The notes beneath the pieces were generated by a model, which saw only the letters and a list, made by a program, of their open reading frames with translations, searched no databases and had not been told where the DNA came from. A DNA stretch of 64,000 nt. Source: an uncultured Anaerolineales bacterium. Its GTDB lineage: Bacteria; Chloroflexota; Anaerolineae; B4-G1. This document shows positions 1-9,630 of this stretch, in pieces; positions within the stretch are counted from its first letter, which is position 1, and each line of letters begins with the position of its first letter. The position numbers were made by a program, and so were the translations under genes. The stretch lies in the NCBI GenBank assembly GCA_964474655.1, contig CAYYTU010000002.1, forward strand, positions 64,095 to 128,094. Reading direction: 5' to 3'.

Positions 1-345
1 GGCATCCTGAGCCTGAGAGAAGGTCTGCCACAGCAGCTTAGCCGCTTCGGCGTCGTCCACGTGCGGCATAAGCGTCTTCTCCAGAGCGGACACCACCTGC
101 AGTAACGACTCGGGGGCGAATCTATCGCCGAGCCGCTTGCCCGCATTCTCCCCGATGAACGTCACAAACGGGGCCGGGTTTTTCTCCTCCACGCACTTGA
201 TGATGAGTTGTAAATCGTATCGCGCAGCCTCGATTCTTTCGCTGGCGGGTAAATCGCCATAACCAACCACATTCCGCAGGCGAGCGCCATAGGCCTCCGC
301 CAGCGCGTCGATAGTCGCTCTAAACTTCGATGCGAGTTCCTTCAT
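1..345 (-). CDS. Hypothetical protein, N-terminal fragment (gene continues beyond the window start). Start ATG at 345.
   Basis: Open frame on the minus strand from 345 to the window edge. Translation begins MKELASKFRATIDALAEAYGARL. It lies 48 nt downstream of the PAS/GAF gene on the same strand. No domain recognised. Confidence 0.45.
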   Translation of the reverse strand, partial: MKELASKFRATIDALAEAYGARLRNVVGYGDLPASERIEAARYDLQLIIKCVEEKNPAPFVTFIGENAGKRLGDRFAPESLLQVVSALEKTLMPHVDDAEAAKLLWQTFSQAQDA

Positions 346-393
346 AAATCACTCGCCCCTTTACAAAAACCAATCGTCATATGTAGCCAGTGG

Positions 394-3300
394 CTAATCT
401 TCCGCGGTCTCACCGTCGCCATCGCCGCCGTCTGTCGGCGGCTGGGATAGCTCCTGAGCGCTGCCCAGGCGAGCGAAGGTAGGCCGCCCCAAGGCCGTGC
501 CCAGCTCACGTACAGCCGCCCGCACGATGGCATCCGGGTCAGTAAAGCCACGCACGTGGGCCGTGATCTCGCGCAGCGTCTCCTCCCGGCGGGCGCGGGC
601 CTGCGCTCGCTCCAGCAGGCGACGGCTCGCAACAACAGGGGCGGCGAGTGTCACCAAGGCCCGGTAGATTTCCCGTTCCCGCTCGCTGAACTGGTGTGGC
701 TCATCCCAGGAAAGGGTCACAAGGCCCGCCCATCGCCCGACCTGCGTCAAAGGAATGATCGCCACCGCACGGACGCCGAATTGTTGGAGGAAACGCTTGA
801 CATCCCCATCAATTCGCTCGTCGTGCGCCAGATCAGAGACGAGCAGCGGGCTATGAGGCTCGCCTTCCCACAGACGGGTGACGGGGAACTCGGCGAGTGG
901 AAGATGCCGGCCCACCGACTCTTCCAGTGCTCCCCCTCGACGCCAGACGGCCACCGTAGTCAGGCCCGTGGGTTCGCCTTGCTCATCAAGGTCGACGTAA
1001 GAGAGTTTCGCATCAAAAGCGCCGGATTCGATGGCCGTCCGTGCCAAAGCTTGGAGCAGATCCTCTTTGGTATCGGCCTCGTTGAGCTCCCGGCTGATCT
1101 CGTACAACATCTCAGCTTCGGCCAGCGCATCCTGCGTCTGCTCAAACAAGCGAGCATTCTCAATCGCGGTAGCCACCTGATCGACCATCGTCTGGAAGAC
1201 AGTGACATCCTCCTCGGAGAAGGCGGCCGCCTCGGTGCTCTGAACGGTCAACGCGCCGATGATCTCGCCACGGGCGGTGATCGGAAGCGCCAGCTCGGAG
1301 CGCGTCTCCGGCAGATAAGGATTATCAAAGCGGGCAGCCTCGTCGCCCACGTCCAGCGCGATACGGGCTTCCCCCTCGGCGACGCAGCTACCGACCATTG
1401 AGTCGCCGCCGACCCGCAACTTATGCCCGTCCTCCAACATCTGGCGTCCGGCCTCGCCGGTGCCTGTGCGCAAGACGGCCCATTCGCCCGGCTCGCCCGT
1501 CCACTCACCGGTCTCATCGACCATAAAGAGCCCGACGTAGTAGAGGTCGAAGCGCTCACGGACCGTATCGGCCGTGCGCCGAATCAGTTCATCGGGGTCG
1601 AGGATGACGCCGGTCGAGCTAGCCACCTCGGCCACGGCTGCCAGCTGGCGTGCGCGCTTCTCAATCTGCTGAGCGGCCAAGCGCTGCTCGATGTAACTTT
1701 CGAGCCGCCGGACGACGCCCCCTAGCATAGCGCTCTCCTCGTCGATGAAATCCCGATCCTCTTCGTAAGCGACGTAGAGATGACCGGCAGTCTCGCCAGA
1801 GATTCGCAGCGCCGAGACGACGTGACACGACAGCTCAAGGGCCTGGGGCTGACCATACACTTGCTCCTCAAACTTGATGGCGGTCACGCAAACTTCCGGA
1901 TACCGCATCGCCGAAGGAATACGCCCAGCGACCCACTGGAGCAAGTCGGGGATCGAGGGCTCCTCGGCTATGTACTGGCCCACGTCAGTCAGGCAGTTGA
2001 GCTCCTTAACGCGTTCGTTGAGCATCTGCTCGGCGCGTACGCGCTCGGTGATATCCTTTGTAAATCCCAGGAAGCGCGTATCGGACAGTTTGACCGCATC
2101 CACAGTCCAGTATCTTTCGGCTCCATCCTTCCTGATGAACTTGAAATCTCCGGTGGCCTTGCCCGTCTCAGTGAGTTGCTGGAAATGGTCCCCCGCCTCC
2201 GCCATACTCTCAGGAGGTAACAGATCGACGATATGCATTTCCAGGAGTTCTTCGCGGCTGTACCCCGTAATACGACAGGCCGCCTCGTTGACCTCCAGGT
2301 ATCGCCCCTCCTCGTCGGAGATGAAAATGCCATCGGGAGCGTTGTCGATGTAGCTTCGGTATCGCTCCTCGCTCTGCTGCAGCGCCTTCTCAGTCTCCTT
2401 GAGGTCCGTGATGTCCAGGAAGGTGCCAATCAATCCGCCCACGCTGCCATCGGGGTTCCGGAACGTGGTCTTGTAGAATACAACATCCCGGATCGATCCA
2501 TCAGCGTACTCAATCGGGGCCTCATAAGATTCTGTGCACGGATTGTTAAGCATCTCCATATCCAACTCGTGATAGAGCTCGGCCATTTCTTGATCGGGGG
2601 TTATATCGTAGACCGTCTTACCTTTCACATCCTCACCGGGCATACCCAGATACTCCAGGAAAGCCTCGTTGCAGCCGAGGTAGACCCCCTCTGCATCCTG
2701 GTAAAAGATCGGATTGGGTATGTTGTCGACGATGGTGTCCAGGAACTGTTGGGATTCTTGGACTTCGGCGAGCAAGTTGGTGCTCTCAATCGCGCTGGCG
2801 ATCTGCCCGGCCAGACCAAGCAACATCACCTGATCCTCTTCGGTCAGGGCGCCGGCCTGGTCGCTTTGGACGTCGAGCACGCCCAGCACCTCGTCGCGCA
2901 ATTTGATCGGCACTGCCAGCTCGCCCTCCGTCTCCGGCAAGTCTGGATGCGGCTTCCAGTGCGGATCGGCGGTGACGTCGGAAGCCAGCATCGGCTCTCC
3001 GGTAGCGGCAGCGGTGCCGACGACCCCCTCCCCGTAGGGCAAATGGTGCTCGGCCGCCTTCATCTTATCGCCGATCTCTCCATAGCCCTCGACCACCCGC
3101 ATCGCTTCGAGGTCCTCATCGTAGCGGAAGATCTGGACGTGATAATAGCCCAAGCGTTCCTTGACCAGCGTGACGACACGCCTATAGAGCGAATCCAACG
3201 CCGGGGCCCCGGCAATCTCCTGCGCGATTTCGGTGGTGAGCTCCACCTGCTGAGCGCGGCGCTCCAACGACTCCTGAATCTGTCGCTCCAACTGTCGGCG

Positions 3301-5220
3301 CTCGGCGTTTGCCAGCACCTGCGCCACCTGATCGGCGATAGCCCCGGCAAAGCTCAATTCGTCGGGCCTCCACTCACGCGGTTCGCCAACGTGCTCGTGG
3401 CACACGACGCCGACCGTCTCGCCGGTCATCCGAATCGCCGAGTCCAGCATTGAGGTAATCCCTAGCGGTTCCAGATAATCCTCGGCAAACTCGCTGGTGC
3501 GCGGATCGGTGCGAGCGCGATCGGCGTCGATCGTCCGCTCAGTCGTCACTGCCGAGAAGTAAGCGGGGTAATCCTCCGCCTCAAGGACGACGCCCTCGGT
3601 GTGAGTTTCCGACGTGCGTTCGAAGAGATCCTGGCACGTTATCGCCCGCTGATTCTCATCCAGCATCCAGATACTGACCCGTTCGACGTCCATCGTTTCG
3701 GCCACTGTCTCCGTGATAGCTGATAGGGCCTCCTCCCAATCGCCGCTCACGACAGCGTCGTGGGTAGCCAACTCGGCGATAGCATGCTGTTGCCGCTGGA
3801 CGCGCTCCAATCGAGCCTGCTGCGCTCTCTCCGTCCGCTTGCGATCAAGGGCGCTGACAAACGTTTCGCCCACCAGATGGAGAAGGGTCGCGTCATCCTC
3901 AGACCAGGCCCGCTCCTCCTCCACCGCGTCAAACCCCAGGAATCCCACCAACTCACCCTGGTACATAGCGGGGACGACGATGAGCGATTGAATGCCCTCC
4001 GATTCAAACTCCGCCTTCTCGATCCTGGCTTCGTCGGGCATATCGGCCACGCGAGGCACCAGAACATCCTCATGGTTACGAAGCTTCTCCATCAGCCATG
4101 GGAACTGGTCGCTGGGCACTTCCTGCAAGTCGTCAATGGCGGACGCAATACCTTCAGCGCACCATTCGTGAGTATTGCTCATCTGCTCCCCATCCTCGGA
4201 GAATAAGAAGAGATAGCTGCGATCCGCCTCCGTGAACTTCCCAATATCCCGCATGGCCCGGTCGATCTCGACATCCACCGCCTGCGGCTTTACATTGACG
4301 AACCGCGTGGAGATGTTGGCGATGAGGTCCTCGAATTCAGCGCGGTACTCCAACGACCGCTCCGCTTGTTTGCGCTCGGTCACGTCGCGGATGATGGCCA
4401 GCACTTCATCCTCGCCGCTGACGACCATTCGGGCTTCGTAGTCGCGCAGCACATCGTCTTCCATACGGGGCAACCGGTACTCATAGATCGCCGGTTGACC
4501 CGAAGCCAGAACTTTCTCTATATGCTCATTGGTGAGCTGAGCGACGTGCGGAGGCAGAACGTCCTCTATATTCTGCCCCAGGAAAGCCCTCGGGGGCAAG
4601 GCCAGATCGCCTCTGCCAGCGTGGAAGTCGATGAAGACCCCCTCCCGATTCAGTCGGAACATCAAGTCGGGAATAGCCTCAAGCAATGTCTCCATCTGGG
4701 CCTGGCTCTGCTGCAACTCCTCTTCCGCCCGACTACGTTCGGTGATATCGGAGATGAAGCCCTCCAGGGCCACCAGCTCGCCGTCGTCCGAGAAGACACC
4801 CTGCCCGCGCTCCCAGACCCAGCGGGGCTCACCTTCAGCGTCTCTGATGCGATAGGTGACCTGGAAAGGCTCTTTTTTCTCAACGCCAGCCTGGACTACC
4901 TCCCACACGAGGTCCTGGTCGTCCGGATGGATCAAATCGCCATAAGCCACCAGACGGCTACCGATCAAATCCTCAGGGGCATAGCCGGTCAAGTCCTCGG
5001 CCCCTTCGCTGACGAACGCCATCGGCCAATCGGGCTCGTTGCGGCAGCGGTACGCCATGCCCGGCAAGTTGCTCATCAGCCTCGAAAGCCGACGATGGCT
5101 TTCCAACAACTTTTCCCTCGTCAATTCGCGCCCGGTGAGCTCTTCGGTCATACTTTCCTCCTCGATGGGGCCGGAGCCCTCATTCCGAACTTCCCGTTCA
5201 GGCCTCTCATTATCCATCAT
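394..5220 (-). CDS. Large cytoplasmic multi-PAS / multi-GAF signalling protein (1608 aa) with no recognisable output domain. Carries the conserved C-terminal tail module shared with the GAF paralog array.
   Basis: Six-frame ORF. Several PAS-like segments at the N-terminus, for example LMFRLNREGVFIDFHAG and DITERKQAE. Several GAF domains with the LDVQS / NARLFEQ signature. C-terminus reads REETLREITAHVRGFTDPDAIVRAAVRELGTALGRPTFARLGS followed by a DG-rich tail. Start ATGATG has GGGAG 8 nt upstream. Confidence 0.8.
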   Translation of the reverse strand: MMDNERPEREVRNEGSGPIEEESMTEELTGRELTREKLLESHRRLSRLMSNLPGMAYRCRNEPDWPMAFVSEGAEDLTGYAPEDLIGSRLVAYGDLIHPDDQDLVWEVVQAGVEKKEPFQVTYRIRDAEGEPRWVWERGQGVFSDDGELVALEGFISDITERSRAEEELQQSQAQMETLLEAIPDLMFRLNREGVFIDFHAGRGDLALPPRAFLGQNIEDVLPPHVAQLTNEHIEKVLASGQPAIYEYRLPRMEDDVLRDYEARMVVSGEDEVLAIIRDVTERKQAERSLEYRAEFEDLIANISTRFVNVKPQAVDVEIDRAMRDIGKFTEADRSYLFLFSEDGEQMSNTHEWCAEGIASAIDDLQEVPSDQFPWLMEKLRNHEDVLVPRVADMPDEARIEKAEFESEGIQSLIVVPAMYQGELVGFLGFDAVEEERAWSEDDATLLHLVGETFVSALDRKRTERAQQARLERVQRQQHAIAELATHDAVVSGDWEEALSAITETVAETMDVERVSIWMLDENQRAITCQDLFERTSETHTEGVVLEAEDYPAYFSAVTTERTIDADRARTDPRTSEFAEDYLEPLGITSMLDSAIRMTGETVGVVCHEHVGEPREWRPDELSFAGAIADQVAQVLANAERRQLERQIQESLERRAQQVELTTEIAQEIAGAPALDSLYRRVVTLVKERLGYYHVQIFRYDEDLEAMRVVEGYGEIGDKMKAAEHHLPYGEGVVGTAAATGEPMLASDVTADPHWKPHPDLPETEGELAVPIKLRDEVLGVLDVQSDQAGALTEEDQVMLLGLAGQIASAIESTNLLAEVQESQQFLDTIVDNIPNPIFYQDAEGVYLGCNEAFLEYLGMPGEDVKGKTVYDITPDQEMAELYHELDMEMLNNPCTESYEAPIEYADGSIRDVVFYKTTFRNPDGSVGGLIGTFLDITDLKETEKALQQSEERYRSYIDNAPDGIFISDEEGRYLEVNEAACRITGYSREELLEMHIVDLLPPESMAEAGDHFQQLTETGKATGDFKFIRKDGAERYWTVDAVKLSDTRFLGFTKDITERVRAEQMLNERVKELNCLTDVGQYIAEEPSIPDLLQWVAGRIPSAMRYPEVCVTAIKFEEQVYGQPQALELSCHVVSALRISGETAGHLYVAYEEDRDFIDEESAMLGGVVRRLESYIEQRLAAQQIEKRARQLAAVAEVASSTGVILDPDELIRRTADTVRERFDLYYVGLFMVDETGEWTGEPGEWAVLRTGTGEAGRQMLEDGHKLRVGGDSMVGSCVAEGEARIALDVGDEAARFDNPYLPETRSELALPITARGEIIGALTVQSTEAAAFSEEDVTVFQTMVDQVATAIENARLFEQTQDALAEAEMLYEISRELNEADTKEDLLQALARTAIESGAFDAKLSYVDLDEQGEPTGLTTVAVWRRGGALEESVGRHLPLAEFPVTRLWEGEPHSPLLVSDLAHDERIDGDVKRFLQQFGVRAVAIIPLTQVGRWAGLVTLSWDEPHQFSEREREIYRALVTLAAPVVASRRLLERAQARARREETLREITAHVRGFTDPDAIVRAAVRELGTALGRPTFARLGSAQELSQPPTDGGDGDGETAED

Positions 5221-5270
5221 CCCTCAACTCCCTACGTTAAACGCGACATCACTGCGTGGGCCAGCGACGA

Positions 5271-7049
5271 TCAATCGTCCCTCCCGTTTCCATCCCGCTG
5301 CGATGCGTCCTCGCTCCCCAGCCGCGCGAAGGTCCGCGACGTGCCCAGAGCCTTATAAAGCTCATCCAACGCTGTCTGCACGATGCCCTCCACGGTAGAG
5401 GCGCGCCGCATTTGATCCGTGATCTCACGGGTCAATCGCTCCCGGGCGGCGCGGCGCTGGGTGCTTTGATAGAGCCGCGCACTTTCCAGGGCCGCCCCTA
5501 ACTGTTCCGTCAGCGCTTCTAGCAATGAAGTCTCTTCTTTGGACCAATGCGTATCGTCGGGCGACTTGTGCGCTTTGACGGTCCCGATGACCTGATCGCG
5601 CACGACGACGGGGATGGAAAACTCCGGCAAATCCTCTTGAGCCTCATCCATCTGACGACTTCCAGCCGAGAAGACACCCTCTGCATCACAATAATAACTC
5701 AACTCAGCGCGGGCCCGCAATATCTCCGCCCACGCCTCACGGCTCAGATCACCGTAGGCCCGCTGGACCCGCTCCAGGTTTTCCTGTGCTTGCTGGTAAA
5801 GCCGGGTGTTGCTGATCGCCATTGCCACCTGATCGGCCATCGTCTGAAGCACGGTCACGTCACTTTCGGTAAAGGCATCTACCTCGGTGGACTGGACATC
5901 GAGGACGCCAATGATCTCGCCACGCGCCCGCAGGGGCAACGCCGCCTCCGCCCGTACATCAACCCGGTCCGTATCATGGACGAAGAAAGGATCGTCGATC
6001 ACGTCTTGCGCCACGTAGGCCTCTCCCGTTTCGGCGACGTGACCCACCGTGCCCTCCTCCCCCACCCGGAGCCGGAAGTCCTGCTCCAGCGTCTCCCCCA
6101 CGGTCGCACCGGACGCAGCGTGGAGCACAGCCCACTCGCCGGTATCGTCCATCAGGAAAATACCCTGGCGGGAAAAGTCGAACCGCTCGTCGATCAACGT
6201 CACCACGCGTTCCATCAGCGCCGGCACGTCGAGCTCGACCGCAGCGCTGTGGGATACATCGGCGGCGGCTTGAAGATGCCGAGCGCGCTTCGCTTCGACC
6301 GCCATCTGGCGTTCCAGATCGCCATAAAGCTCTTGGAAAGCCCTCCGCATCCGATCCAGGGCCTGCCCAAGCGCCACCACTTCCGACGAGCCTCGAATTG
6401 GAATCGACGTGTCCAGATTCCCATGCCCAATGGCTTCGGCGGCGGCGCCCAGCTCCTTGAGCGACGACGTAGCACGCCGGGTCAAGAGAGCGGTGGTCAG
6501 GACGCCACCCGCGACAACCGCGACGATGGTAAGGACCATCTGGACGATCATCGGCCTAAACGAGGCCCAAAACGGCGTCAGATCAATGACGATCTCCAAC
6601 GTCCCCAGCTGGTCCGTACTCGTAGCAATAGGGCCACACAAAACCAAGTAATTTCTGCTTTCTTGCTGAACTATGTCGCCGCTGGCAAGCGCCTGGGCAG
6701 CCAGGTCCCGGCCAACGTGCTCGTCTAGAGCGGGGTCGAAGTCCTCTATCGCAGCTTCGACGATACTCTCACCCGTCTCATCCCGCACCTCAGCCCGAAC
6801 GGCGTTGACCTTTCCCACCAACTGGCTCAACATGCGCTCCAATTTCAGGTGGTCGGACTCGTAGAGGGGATCAACCATCAACTCAGACGAAAGGGAGAGC
6901 AGGGTACGATTATTCTCCTCCAGCCGTTGCCGACTGGAAAGACGCCCCGCGCGTAAGCCGACAATCAGGAAGACGCCAAGACCCACCACGAGAATACCCC
7001 CCACAACCCAGGAGGCTATCGTGATGAGGCTAAATCGTTTATGCTCCAT
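5271..7049 (-). CDS. Membrane sensor-like protein: 2 TM helices with a periplasmic domain, HAMP, GAF, a half-GAF and the conserved C-terminal tail. No kinase or other output domain.
   Basis: ORF 5271..7070. The tool start is TTG; the first ATG (MEHKRF) is at 7049 and has a GGAG upstream. TM segments are LITIASWVVGGILVVGLGVFLIV and IVQMVLTIVAVVAGGVLTTALL. GAF signature PLRARGEIIGVLDVQSTE. Tail is QRRAARERLTREITDQMRRASTVEGIVQTALDELYKALG. Confidence 0.72.
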   Translation of the reverse strand: MEHKRFSLITIASWVVGGILVVGLGVFLIVGLRAGRLSSRQRLEENNRTLLSLSSELMVDPLYESDHLKLERMLSQLVGKVNAVRAEVRDETGESIVEAAIEDFDPALDEHVGRDLAAQALASGDIVQQESRNYLVLCGPIATSTDQLGTLEIVIDLTPFWASFRPMIVQMVLTIVAVVAGGVLTTALLTRRATSSLKELGAAAEAIGHGNLDTSIPIRGSSEVVALGQALDRMRRAFQELYGDLERQMAVEAKRARHLQAAADVSHSAAVELDVPALMERVVTLIDERFDFSRQGIFLMDDTGEWAVLHAASGATVGETLEQDFRLRVGEEGTVGHVAETGEAYVAQDVIDDPFFVHDTDRVDVRAEAALPLRARGEIIGVLDVQSTEVDAFTESDVTVLQTMADQVAMAISNTRLYQQAQENLERVQRAYGDLSREAWAEILRARAELSYYCDAEGVFSAGSRQMDEAQEDLPEFSIPVVVRDQVIGTVKAHKSPDDTHWSKEETSLLEALTEQLGAALESARLYQSTQRRAARERLTREITDQMRRASTVEGIVQTALDELYKALGTSRTFARLGSEDASQRDGNGRDD

Positions 7050-7086
7050 AAAATGATTCTCCGTCCTCAAACGCCATCAGGTTGGG

Positions 7087-9588
7087 CTAGCGCCCATCGG
7101 TCTCGTTCAGCTGAACTGTGACATCATGCAGATCCAACGCCTCACGCATTTCGCGCACGGCGGTCTTTAATACGCTTTCCATATCCAGCGTCTGGCGCAT
7201 GCGGGCCGTAGCCTCACTCGTCAGACGCTCGCGGGCGGCCCGACGCTGGGTCTCCTCGTATAATCGCGCTCGCTCCAGCGTCACGTTCAAGCGCTCAGTC
7301 ACGATTTCCATTAACGCTATCTCCTCCTCAGACCAGGCGCCGTCCTCGTCCGATTTGCGCAGCCGTATCGCTCCCACGACGTTTCCACGAATCCTGATCG
7401 GGATAGCCAGAGTGGTTCCGGCTTGCTGAACTGTGCTTCTCTCCTGGCTCACCATCTCCATGACAGAAGGTGGAACTCCCTCAACCGGTCGCACGCCCTT
7501 GACGTCACTGGCGTAGCCCAGATGGGCCTGTCTCTGGACCATCTCCTGCCAGGCGCGACGACTGAGCTCACCGTGAGCGCGCCGCTCCGCCTCCAGGCTC
7601 TCCTGCGCTTGCTGGAAGAGCTGCGCGTTGCTGATCGCCAGCGCCACTTGATCGGCCAGCACCTGCAACACCGCGGTATCCTCCTCCGTAAACGCCTGCG
7701 CCTCCATGCTCTGCACGTCGAGGGCGCCGATGATCTCTCCCCGGGCTCGCAGCGGCAAGGTCATGGCCGAACGCGTCTCCGGAAGGTCTGGATTGTCGAA
7801 GAAGACGGCGTCTTCGCCCACGTCCAGCGCGACGCGAGGCTCTCCGTGCGCCGTCACATACCCCACGGTGCCCGTCTGGCCCACCTTCAAACGGTGTCCC
7901 CGCTCCAACATTCGCGCCCCACCCGCGCTGGAGGCGGCCCGGAGCACGGCCCATTCCCCCGTCTGATCGAGCAAGAAAAGGCCCGAATGGTAGAACCCGA
8001 ACCGATCACTGATCAGCCGTACCACGCGGGAGAGCAGATCGTCGAGATCCAACTCAGAAGCTGCATCGCGCGCCACCTCGGCGGTGGCTTCCAGGTAACG
8101 GGCGCGCTCCTCCAGATCCTGGGTGCGTTCCTCCACTCGCTCCTCCAGGGACTCGATCAAATCGCGCAAACGGGCTGCCATCTCATTGAACACGGTGGCC
8201 AGCTGCCCCAGCTCGTCATTGGAGCTTATCTCCTGAGGGAAAGTGGACGCCTCGGCCGCGGTACTCTCCGCCAAGTTGCCGATGCCGCCGCCGGAGCGCA
8301 CCGGGACGCGATAATCCAGATCGCCAGCGGCGATCCGTTCCACGCCCTCCGTGAGCACCTCCAAAGGGCGTCCCACGATGTAACGGAGGCTGAAGTAGAC
8401 GACGAGACCGACCAGCAAGGTTCCCATCACTGCCGTGAGCCAGATGCGAGACAACAAGCGTCGGGTCACCTGCTCCACCTCCACGACAGGGCTCAAGACG
8501 ACAGCCCGGAGATCGGCGGCAGCCCCCCCCAATGAAGCCCCGGATAGAGCCAACGGTTCCTGCGCGTAGTAGAACTCGGTCTCGTCCAGCGTTAAGGTCG
8601 TCTGGCCTTGCTCCAGCATCCTTGCCGCCCCAAGCCCTCCGTCGCCGTCCAGGCTGGTGTTCAACAGTCGTCCGCCTCGCGCCAGCCCCACGTCCAATCC
8701 CAGCTGGTTCTTGAGCCGCGTCATCATAGCGGCGTCGAACTTCTGCTCTACCAATATCAATCCCACCGACGCTACCTCTTCCTCCCAGGTCTCCGGGTGA
8801 GCAACCGGCCCCTTCACCGGATACCACGTCTGCAAGATCGGGATATTCCCTTCGACGACTATCTCCGAACGCGGTGGGGCATCCGGCTCCCAATCTCGTG
8901 GGAAGAATTCATAGGCAATCACCCTCTCCACCCGGGTGAAGTTCTGATCGGCGTAGAATTGGGCCGGAGGCGCCGAGTAGGCCGCACTGATGTCGAAGTA
9001 ACCGGGCTCTGGAGCGCGGAACGCCTCCGCATCGATGCTGTATGTCATACGCGAGTCCAGGTCGACCTTGCTGGTGAACCGATTCAGCACAATCTCATCC
9101 TCACCGAGACGAAAAGCCAGCACCGGTCTGACGTCAGAGACGACGTCGAATGGCGAAATCAAATAAAAGCTGATCGCCGTCAGATCGTTCAACCGCTGCG
9201 CCGAGCGCAAGAGCTGGACGAGATTGAGCTGGGCCTGAAAGGCATAGATCTGACTAGCGGGCTCGATGGGCTCGTCCGAACGCACGAGGGCTTCTCCAAA
9301 AGAGGATCCGGGGTCGGCGTAATAAGGGCCCAGATTGGTCAGGAGCTGGATCTCCTCGACCATAGACTCGTTCTCCTCCATACTCATTCCGGTCACCGCT
9401 GCGTTCTGCTCCATCTCAGCGATGCGCCTGGCGAAGATCTGCGACATACGCGCCAGCTCATCCTGTTTGACCGCCTCCAGGTCACTGGAGCTGGAGCTGC
9501 CCACCACAAACGAGATTCCGGCGGCGAACAGCAGGAAGATAACGCCCACGACGACCATCAATTTTTGACCAACGCCCCATCTAGACAT
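7087..9588 (-). CDS. Membrane sensor-like protein: large ~330-aa periplasmic domain, HAMP, GAF, half-GAF and conserved tail. No output domain.
   Basis: 833-aa ORF. TM segments MVVVGVIFLLFAAGISFVV and IWLTAVMGTLLVGLVVYF. HAMP motif IAAGDLDYRV. GAF signature LPLRARGEIIGALDVQSMEAQAFTEED. Tail is QRRAARERLTSEATARMRQTLDMESVLKTAVREMREALDLHDVTVQL. Confidence 0.75.
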   Translation of the reverse strand: MSRWGVGQKLMVVVGVIFLLFAAGISFVVGSSSSSDLEAVKQDELARMSQIFARRIAEMEQNAAVTGMSMEENESMVEEIQLLTNLGPYYADPGSSFGEALVRSDEPIEPASQIYAFQAQLNLVQLLRSAQRLNDLTAISFYLISPFDVVSDVRPVLAFRLGEDEIVLNRFTSKVDLDSRMTYSIDAEAFRAPEPGYFDISAAYSAPPAQFYADQNFTRVERVIAYEFFPRDWEPDAPPRSEIVVEGNIPILQTWYPVKGPVAHPETWEEEVASVGLILVEQKFDAAMMTRLKNQLGLDVGLARGGRLLNTSLDGDGGLGAARMLEQGQTTLTLDETEFYYAQEPLALSGASLGGAAADLRAVVLSPVVEVEQVTRRLLSRIWLTAVMGTLLVGLVVYFSLRYIVGRPLEVLTEGVERIAAGDLDYRVPVRSGGGIGNLAESTAAEASTFPQEISSNDELGQLATVFNEMAARLRDLIESLEERVEERTQDLEERARYLEATAEVARDAASELDLDDLLSRVVRLISDRFGFYHSGLFLLDQTGEWAVLRAASSAGGARMLERGHRLKVGQTGTVGYVTAHGEPRVALDVGEDAVFFDNPDLPETRSAMTLPLRARGEIIGALDVQSMEAQAFTEEDTAVLQVLADQVALAISNAQLFQQAQESLEAERRAHGELSRRAWQEMVQRQAHLGYASDVKGVRPVEGVPPSVMEMVSQERSTVQQAGTTLAIPIRIRGNVVGAIRLRKSDEDGAWSEEEIALMEIVTERLNVTLERARLYEETQRRAARERLTSEATARMRQTLDMESVLKTAVREMREALDLHDVTVQLNETDGR

Positions 9589-9630
9589 AGCCAGCCTCTC
9601 TCATCCCCAACTCACCCAAGACTAAATCGC

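Noticed and set aside
1-345. Assigning the partial first gene to a specific family, for example an RsbR-type N-terminal sensor domain.
   Set aside because: Only a vague helical pattern similarity was visible, which is insufficient. It is reported as hypothetical.
556-1401. Long plus-strand ORFs antisense to the minus-strand genes. Examples: 556..1401, 2233..3453, 4366..5358, 5547..6728, 7423..8535, 8608..9771, 13632..14921, 18932..20233, 31142..32473, 38660..39895, 41108..42028, 42080..43270, 43785..45284, 45715..46920, 47219..48319, 48271..49581, 50908..52467, 52966..54435, 57502..58941.
   Set aside because: Their translations are Arg/Pro/Gly-rich low-complexity sequences, as expected for stop-codon-poor antisense frames in about 67% GC DNA. 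Each overlaps a gene with strong family signatures on the other strand.
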